This document shows positions 57,746 to 64,000 of a DNA stretch of 64,000 bases, piece after piece (position 1 is the stretch's first letter; the number at the start of each line of letters is the position of its first letter). Below the pieces are notes generated by a model. That model did no database searches. It was not told the origin of the DNA and was given only the letters and a program-made list of their open reading frames with translations. The stretch is taken from assembly GCA_965262915.1 (NCBI GenBank), contig OZ253564.1, forward strand, positions 1,312,001 to 1,376,000, read 5' to 3'. The position numbers and the translations under genes are program-made. Source of the stretch: Candidatus Spongiisociaceae bacterium (GTDB lineage Bacteria; Actinomycetota; Acidimicrobiia; Spongiisociales; Spongiisociaceae).

Positions 57746-59993
57746 ATGATCGGGTTGTTGACCCGCTTCAGTACGCGAAAGCCGCTGGTAACAATCGGCG
57801 CGTGGGCGTTGCTGGTGCTGGTTTCGCTCGGTCTCATTGACCGTCTGCTGGATAGTGCGCTCACTACCGACTTCCGGCTGTCCGGTCGTTACGAATCCGA
57901 ACAGGCATCGGCCCTGCTGGAGGACAGGCTGCGAGGGCCCAAGCAGCTGACCGAGGTGGTCGTCGTTCAGTCGCCGTCCCTGACCGTTGACGACCCGGCG
58001 TTCCGGACGAAGGTCGAATCGATCCATCATGAGATCATGGCGCTGGGGTCTGAGACGGTGGGGACGGGAGTGCATTACTACCTGACCAACGATCCGCTCC
58101 TGGTATCCGTCAGCCGCCGGACCACCATCATGCTCTTCGTCTTGACCGGCACCGTGAAGGAGGCCACCGCAAACGTAGAGGATGTGGTCCACATCGTGGC
58201 GGAAGCGGACGGGGTCGACGACTTCCGGGTGCTAATCGGAGGAGACGCGAGCGTCGCTTTGGAGAACAACGAGCTGGCGACCGAAGATCTGGAGAAGGGG
58301 GAACGGTTCGGCGTTCCGGTGGCGGTGATCATTCTGCTGGTGCTCCTGGGCGCTGTCGTCGCTACCCTGCTGCCGCTGGGCTTGGCGGTGGTCTCCATAG
58401 TGCTCGCGATGGCCGCGGTGGCGGTCATCGGCCAGCAGTTCGAGTTGATCTTCTTCGTCACGATGATGGTCGTCATGATCGGTTTGGCGGTGGGCATCGA
58501 CTATTCGCTCCTGATCGTGTCCCGTTTCAAGGAGGAGATGGGGCGCGGCTTGGCGCCGGGAGACGCGGTGGAGAGGGCAGCCGCCACGGCAGGTCGAACG
58601 GTGGTCTTCAGCGGCGCAACCGTCGTGCTGGCCCTCGTCGGTCTGCTGATCACTCCCGCGTCTTTCTACCAGTCGCTTGCTCTGGGGGCCATCCTGGTGG
58701 TGATCTTCGCATTGGCGGCGACCCTCACGCTGCTTCCTGCCACTCTCGCTCTGCTCGGTCGGAAGGTGGACTTCCTGTCCATTCCGTTCCTCGCCAGGTT
58801 CTCCTTGAAGAGTCCCGATGTCTCCCGGCAGGGGTTCTGGGATGTCACCACGCGGTCGTGATGCGGCGCCCGGTCGTCAGCATCCTGCTCGTCGGTGTTC
58901 CGATGCTCGGCCTGTCGTCTTCTATCTGGACATCCGGACGGGACTCAACGACGTCAACACGTTCCCGGAAGGCGCGCAGACCAAGGAGACCTTCCTCCTC
59001 CTCGAAGAGGAGTTCTCCGTCGGAACCGTCAGCCCTGCCGGAGTCCTCAGCCCGGCGGAGATAGTCATCGACGGGGACATCGGTGATCCCCGGGTGGAGG
59101 CGGCGATCGGGCGTCTCGAGAAATCTCTCTTGGACGATCCCGGCTTTCCCGTCCCGCCCACCCGGGTGGTCAATCCCGCCGGAGACCTGGCCCTGGTGAC
59201 GCTCCCGTTCCCCGGAAAGCCGAACAGCCCGGAGGCGGCCGTCCAGATGTCCTCTCTCCGCGACCAACACATTGCCGTCGCTTTCGAAGGGGTACCGGCG
59301 GAGGTCTATGTGGGCGGCGTGACCGCGGAGGTCGCCGACTTCTACGGCATAGTCAGGGTGTACACCCCGATCGTCTTCGCCCTGGTGCTCGGCCTCAGCT
59401 TCATCATCCTGATGATGGTCTTCCGGTCGATTGTCATTCCGCTGAAAGCTATCATCATGAACCTCCTCTCCGTCGGGGCCACATACGGGCTGCTTGTGCT
59501 GGTGTTCCAGAAGGGGGTCGGCACTGACCTGTTCGGGTTCCAGCGAGCGGATGTCATCGACGCCTGGATACCCCTGTTCCTGTTCGCCGTCCTGTTCGGG
59601 CTATCCATGGACTACCACGTCTTCCTGCTCAGCCGGATACGTGAGCGCTACGACGAGAGCGGCGACAACACGGAGGCGGTGGCCTACGGGCTGCGTTCGA
59701 CCGCCGGGATCATCACCGGCGCAGCCCTCATCATGGTCGTGGTGTTCGGCGCGTTCGCGACAGGGCGGACCATCGTCAACCAGCTCGTGGGCTTCGGTCT
59801 CGCCGTAGCCGTGCTTCTGGACGCCACGCTGGTGCGGTCGGTTCTGGTCCCGGCCAGCATGGAGGTGCTGGGCAAGGCAAACTGGTATCTGCCTCCCTTC
59901 CTGAGTTGGCTTCCCGACCTGCGCATCGAGCCACCAGAAGAACATGCGGCCGTCGAGTTGGAGGGTACGAATCCGGAGAGTTACGGTCGATGA
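57746..59993 (+). pseudogene. MMPL/RND family transporter, frameshifted near 58855-58920
   Basis: GLAVGIDYSLLIVSRF and LFGLSMDYHVFLLSR in two ORFs. Confidence 0.8.
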
Positions 59994-60105
59994 AGATACC
60001 TACTGACTACTCCCTGGGTTGTGAAATGGCCTGTGTCGTCAATTCGGAGTCGGTAGAACCGAAAGGTTCTACTCTCGGACTCATATCTGCTGCGGAGGTT
60101 ACCGA

Positions 60106-61294
60106 GTGCAAGCACTAGTAGATATACCGACTGATTACATGCAGGGTTATGAAAAGGCTCGCACGGTCATGCCCGACATCGCGGACAAATATATAGCACA
60201 CACGCTAATTGGAGATCCGCTGGCCGAAGCCATGACAGAAGACCTCGCAGACTTTGGTCCAAAAAAGTCAAGGCTCCTCATCCAGGCAGCTATGAATGAG
60301 GAAGGTGACGAGGCTCTGCGGGACGCACCAACCTCATTTCGCGAGTTCTTTAGAGAAGCGGAAACACCACCAGATTGGCTCGACTATTCCGAGTTTGCCC
60401 CGGCTGTCCGTATGTTCTACAGGAACTCGCAGGTGATCCTGGCCGCATTCGTTGCAGGCGTTCTGATAGAAGGATTTACAACGAATATAGCACAGTCCTT
60501 TTACATCACCGGGCGTGTGCGTGATCAGGGTGTCAGGCGTTTGGGTCAGAATAACCGTCACATGATGGAGATATTCCTTCCGGGTGGCTTGTACAGGTAT
60601 GGAGACGGCTGGACACTTTCGGTCCGTATCAGGATAGTTCACGCACGTTTAAGATACCTTCTGAGTAATTCGGAAGAATGGAAAACTGAAGAGCTGGGTG
60701 TTCCGATTAGTGCGGCGCATTTGAGTTACGCCGATTTCCGCTTTTTCAGCAAGGCTGCTGAAACATATGAAAACCCTGGGCGCTGAGTATAGTGACGAAG
60801 AGTACGAGAGCTTCATGGCCGTTTGGCGCTACTCCGGTCACCTGATGGGCATTCCCGAATCTATCCTGTTCCAGGATGCCGATGAAGCTCTGAAACTGTG
60901 GAGGATCGGCCTCATGTGCGAGCCTGATCCCAAAATTGAATCAATCGTGATGGCACACTCTTTGATCAACTCAGCTCCATTGATTGCCGGGATGACTACG
61001 CCAGAAGCCCGTGGTAAGTTAGCCCGGTACGTCTTCCGTCTTTCCCGTGGTCTTATCGGGAACAAAGTAGCCGAGTCACTGATGTATCCACAGTACTCCT
61101 CCATCGGAGCTATCAGTTGGTTCAAGGCGCAACAGCGGTTTAGCCACATCCTGGATAAGGTCTCTCCCGGCCGTCGCCAGGATAGCAACTTCACCAAGTT
61201 CACTTCCTTGCTCGATACTTCGTTGTTCGACGAGGAAGGAATCCGCTACACACTGCCCGACCACGTATACGCAGAAGAATCCAGCAGTTGGTAA
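60106..61294 (+). pseudogene. MpaB/Lcp-like (DUF2236) oxygenase, frameshifted near 60735, lower GC
   Basis: GDPLA, PDWLD, RIRIVHARLR, GVPISAAH and WRYSGHLMGIP. Confidence 0.75.
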
Positions 61295-61436
61295 GAGGGT
61301 GCGCGGATAGGCGGACGCGGCCGCCCATCGGTAAACCCAACCCTCTTACCGCTCGGAAGAGCCCTGATCATCGCCGCGGACTCGTCAACCCGCGCAGTCA
61401 CTGTTCCCCCAGGTGAGCAGCTATCCGCGCACCCTC
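61295..61436. mobile_element. MITE with perfect 16-bp TIRs
   Basis: GAGGGTGCGCGGATAG / CTATCCGCGCACCCTC; TAA and TGA flanks. Confidence 0.7.
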
Positions 61437-61451
61437 TGAAGGTCGGCGGGG

Positions 61452-62468
61452 TCAGAACTCCCTGTCCACTATGAAACTCGCCAGGTCCAGCAACTCCTCG
61501 GCTGCCTGTGCCTCGACATCGGCGGCGGACAGGGCACCGGCAGCACGGTGCATGCACTCCCGGGCTGCCGAGGCGGTAGCAGCCCGCCCGCCCGCCTCCT
61601 CCACCAGCGCGGCCGCACTGTCGATGTCGGCCTCGTCCAGATGATCCCGTTCATATAGGTTGGCCAACATCTCGCCGGCCCTCGACCCCGAGCAGAGGGC
61701 CACCACTACGGGGATCGACATCTTGCGTTCCCGCAGATCGTTACCGGCGGGCTTGCCAGTGACGGCCGGATCGCCCCAGATGCCCAGCAGGTCGTCCATG
61801 GCCTGGAAACCCCGACCCAGTTCCTTCCCGAAACGACGTAGCGCCTCAATGGTGTGGACCGGGGCGCCCGCCAGGATCGCCCCCACCGCGCAGGCGTGGG
61901 CCAGGAGGGCGCCGGTCTTACGCGACACCATCTCCCAGCACCGGTCCACGTCGACCGTGTCCAGACGGCTGAAGGACATGTCCATGTATTGTCCTGCGAT
62001 CATGTCCGCCGTGGCCCGCGCCAGATCGGCCGCCGCCGCCGTGCGGGCGGGTGTCACCTCGTCCAGCAACAGTTCGAACGCCAGGACCATCAGGGCGTCG
62101 CCCACGACGATGGCATCGCCGACGCCGAAGACCTTCCACATCGTGGCCCGGTGCCGACGTTCGGCGTCGTCGTCGATGATGTCGTCGTGGACGAGCGAGA
62201 AGTTATGGATCAGTTCTACAGCCACAGCGCCGGGGAGGGCCACTTCGGCGGCGGCGCCGACCGCTTCGGCGGACAGCAGGGCCAGGGTGGGGCGCACGCC
62301 CTTGCCGGAACGGCCGCGGGGGAGCGGGACGCCCCGGGCGTCGACCCATCCGAAGTGGTAGCGGGTCGGAACCGCCAAGTCGACCGACAGCCGTTCGACG
62401 GCGGCCACCAAGGCGGGCTCCACCAAGGTACGGGCCCGCTCCAGGACATCGGGCGTACGGCGCTTCAT
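61452..62468 (-). CDS. Polyprenyl (FPP/GGPP) synthase
   Basis: GKGVRP, HDDIIDDD..RR, GQYMD, KT and FQAMDD motifs. Confidence 0.92.
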   Translation of the reverse strand: MKRRTPDVLERARTLVEPALVAAVERLSVDLAVPTRYHFGWVDARGVPLPRGRSGKGVRPTLALLSAEAVGAAAEVALPGAVAVELIHNFSLVHDDIIDDDAERRHRATMWKVFGVGDAIVVGDALMVLAFELLLDEVTPARTAAAADLARATADMIAGQYMDMSFSRLDTVDVDRCWEMVSRKTGALLAHACAVGAILAGAPVHTIEALRRFGKELGRGFQAMDDLLGIWGDPAVTGKPAGNDLRERKMSIPVVVALCSGSRAGEMLANLYERDHLDEADIDSAAALVEEAGGRAATASAARECMHRAAGALSAADVEAQAAEELLDLASFIVDREF

Positions 62469-63856
62469 GCCCGTACAGCAGCCGCGGACGACCGATGAGC
62501 TTCCGGCGTTACAGTCGGGGTCCTTGTGGCGAACTCGGCGGCGAGACGCCCCGCCTCGGTTCCGCTGCGAACCGCCCCCTCCATCGTGGCCGGCCAGCCC
62601 GTGTCGCACCAAGCGCCCGCCAGATAGACGCCGGGGAGGGCGCTTTCGCTGCCAGCGCGGAGGCGGTCTGTTCCCGGCCCGCCGTAGAAGGTTGCCGCGG
62701 TCTCCCGGGTGACTATCGACTCGGTCAGGGTGGCGTCTGCCGCGGCGGGCAGCAGGCGCGCCAACTCTGCGCTGAAGTGCGCTACCAGTTCCGGCGAACT
62801 CCGACCGATGTAGGACTCGGCCGCCGACAGGGAGATGGCCAGACACTGACGGCCGTCGTCGAGTCCGGCCGCCTCGGTGCGATCGAACACGTACTGCACG
62901 TCGCTTCCGACGGCCGCGAGGATCGGCAACTCAGTCACCGGACGGTCGTACACCAGGTGCACGTTCACGATCGGCGAGGCACCGAGGTCCTGCAACCGAT
63001 GTTGGGCGGTGACGCTGCCGGGCGGTAGCAGGGAGTCCACGACATCGTGGGGAACCGCCACCACGACGGACTCGGCCTCGATCAGGTGTCCGTCGGCCTG
63101 CACGAGCAGGCGCCCGGAGGAGCCGGTCCGCACGCCGGTCACGGCGGAGCGCGTCCTGACCTCGCCGCCGCCGGCTTCCAGGGCGCGCCGAGCAGCGTCG
63201 CCGTGCAGGGCCGAGAGCGGCACTCTGGCCCAGCCGATGTCGGAGGCGGCCGCTTCGGTCAACAGTCCGGTAACGAAGACCTTCGCGGCGAGCTTGAGGG
63301 ATGCCTCGGCGGCAGAAACGTTGACCGTCGGAAGCACGACCAGGTTCCAGAACGTCTCGATAGCTACGGCGTCCTGGCGATGGGCAGCCAGCCAGTCGCC
63401 GAAGGCCACCTCGTCCAGCGCCGGATCCGCGGGGTTCAGGCGACGCAGCGCCCACCCCGCCCGTAGTACGTTCAGTCTTTGGCCAAGGTCCAGATGGGGG
63501 TAGGTGAGCAGTGACGCGGCCAGATGAAGCGGCGCGGGACCGGCGGTGCGCCGGATGGCGCCGGACCGCCCGCCGGGGCGCAGTACGGGGATCTCCAGCC
63601 GACGCTGGAGGAACACGCCGTCCGACGAGCCGATTCGCTGCAGGAACGTCCGGTAGGCGGTACAGCAGCGTAGGAAGACGTGTTGGCCGTTGTCGAACCA
63701 GATGCCTCGCCGCCGGAACGACCAGGTGGCGCCACCCAGACGGGGGCGTCGCTCCAGCAGCGTCACCGCCGCGCCCCGGTCGGTAGCCTCCAGACCGGCG
63801 GCCAGACCGGCGAGGCCGCCGCCGACCACCACGACCTGGCGCGGGTGACCGCTCAC
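62465..63856 (-). CDS. hpnE: Hydroxysqualene dehydroxylase
   Basis: GGGLAG, DNGQHVF and TGWPATMEGAVRSG motifs; hpn context. Confidence 0.9.
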   Translation of the reverse strand: MSGHPRQVVVVGGGLAGLAAGLEATDRGAAVTLLERRPRLGGATWSFRRRGIWFDNGQHVFLRCCTAYRTFLQRIGSSDGVFLQRRLEIPVLRPGGRSGAIRRTAGPAPLHLAASLLTYPHLDLGQRLNVLRAGWALRRLNPADPALDEVAFGDWLAAHRQDAVAIETFWNLVVLPTVNVSAAEASLKLAAKVFVTGLLTEAAASDIGWARVPLSALHGDAARRALEAGGGEVRTRSAVTGVRTGSSGRLLVQADGHLIEAESVVVAVPHDVVDSLLPPGSVTAQHRLQDLGASPIVNVHLVYDRPVTELPILAAVGSDVQYVFDRTEAAGLDDGRQCLAISLSAAESYIGRSSPELVAHFSAELARLLPAAADATLTESIVTRETAATFYGGPGTDRLRAGSESALPGVYLAGAWCDTGWPATMEGAVRSGTEAGRLAAEFATRTPTVTPEAHRSSAAAVRA

Positions 63857-64000
63857 GGGCGAAGTCCGGTCACGCTGCGAGCCACCACGAGGGTCTTCTC
63901 CCAGGCCGGTAGGCTGACACGTTCGGTCAGCGGCCGGGTGGGCTGGGCGATGATGCGGTTCAGCAGCCGCCGGTAGATGCCGGCCATCGCCGCCGTGCAG
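63853..64000 (-). CDS. hpnD: Presqualene diphosphate synthase, C-terminal end
   Basis: CTAAMAGIYRRLLNRI...RVSLPAWEK; overlaps hpnE start. Confidence 0.8.
   Translation of the reverse strand, partial: CTAAMAGIYRRLLNRIIAQPTRPLTERVSLPAWEKTLVVARSVTGLRP

Overview
A 64-kb, high-GC window that looks actinobacterial (Acidimicrobiia-like; inferred from gene content, leaderless starts and SOS-box type, not from a database). Catabolic and transport genes include CoA-transferases, four MmgE/PrpD genes, a Mo-hydroxylase with maleate isomerase and amidase, LLM oxidoreductases, modABC, a betaine ABC transporter, a SAM-riboswitch-controlled homocysteine methyltransferase and hpnD/hpnE. These are interrupted by many IS elements (2x IS1380, IS1182, IS630, IS5, IS110), at least five MITE-like derivatives and many broken genes. 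The main finding is a complete IS110 element inserted in a (CTGACAC)n heptamer repeat. Its left end encodes a readable bridge RNA with four guides matching that heptamer and the element's own circle junction, and the junction would form a TTGACA-17-TCTAAT promoter. An empty copy of the target repeat lies at 18.6 kb. Other highlights are a UGA-selenocysteine BCP peroxiredoxin with a SECIS-like hairpin, a SAM-II-type riboswitch, an orphan PLD-nuclease/P-loop ATPase next to a DUF4143 gene with a 23-bp-periodic operator-like array, and shared CTAG targeting by most mobile elements. All calls come from reading the sequence and motifs by eye; no searches were run.
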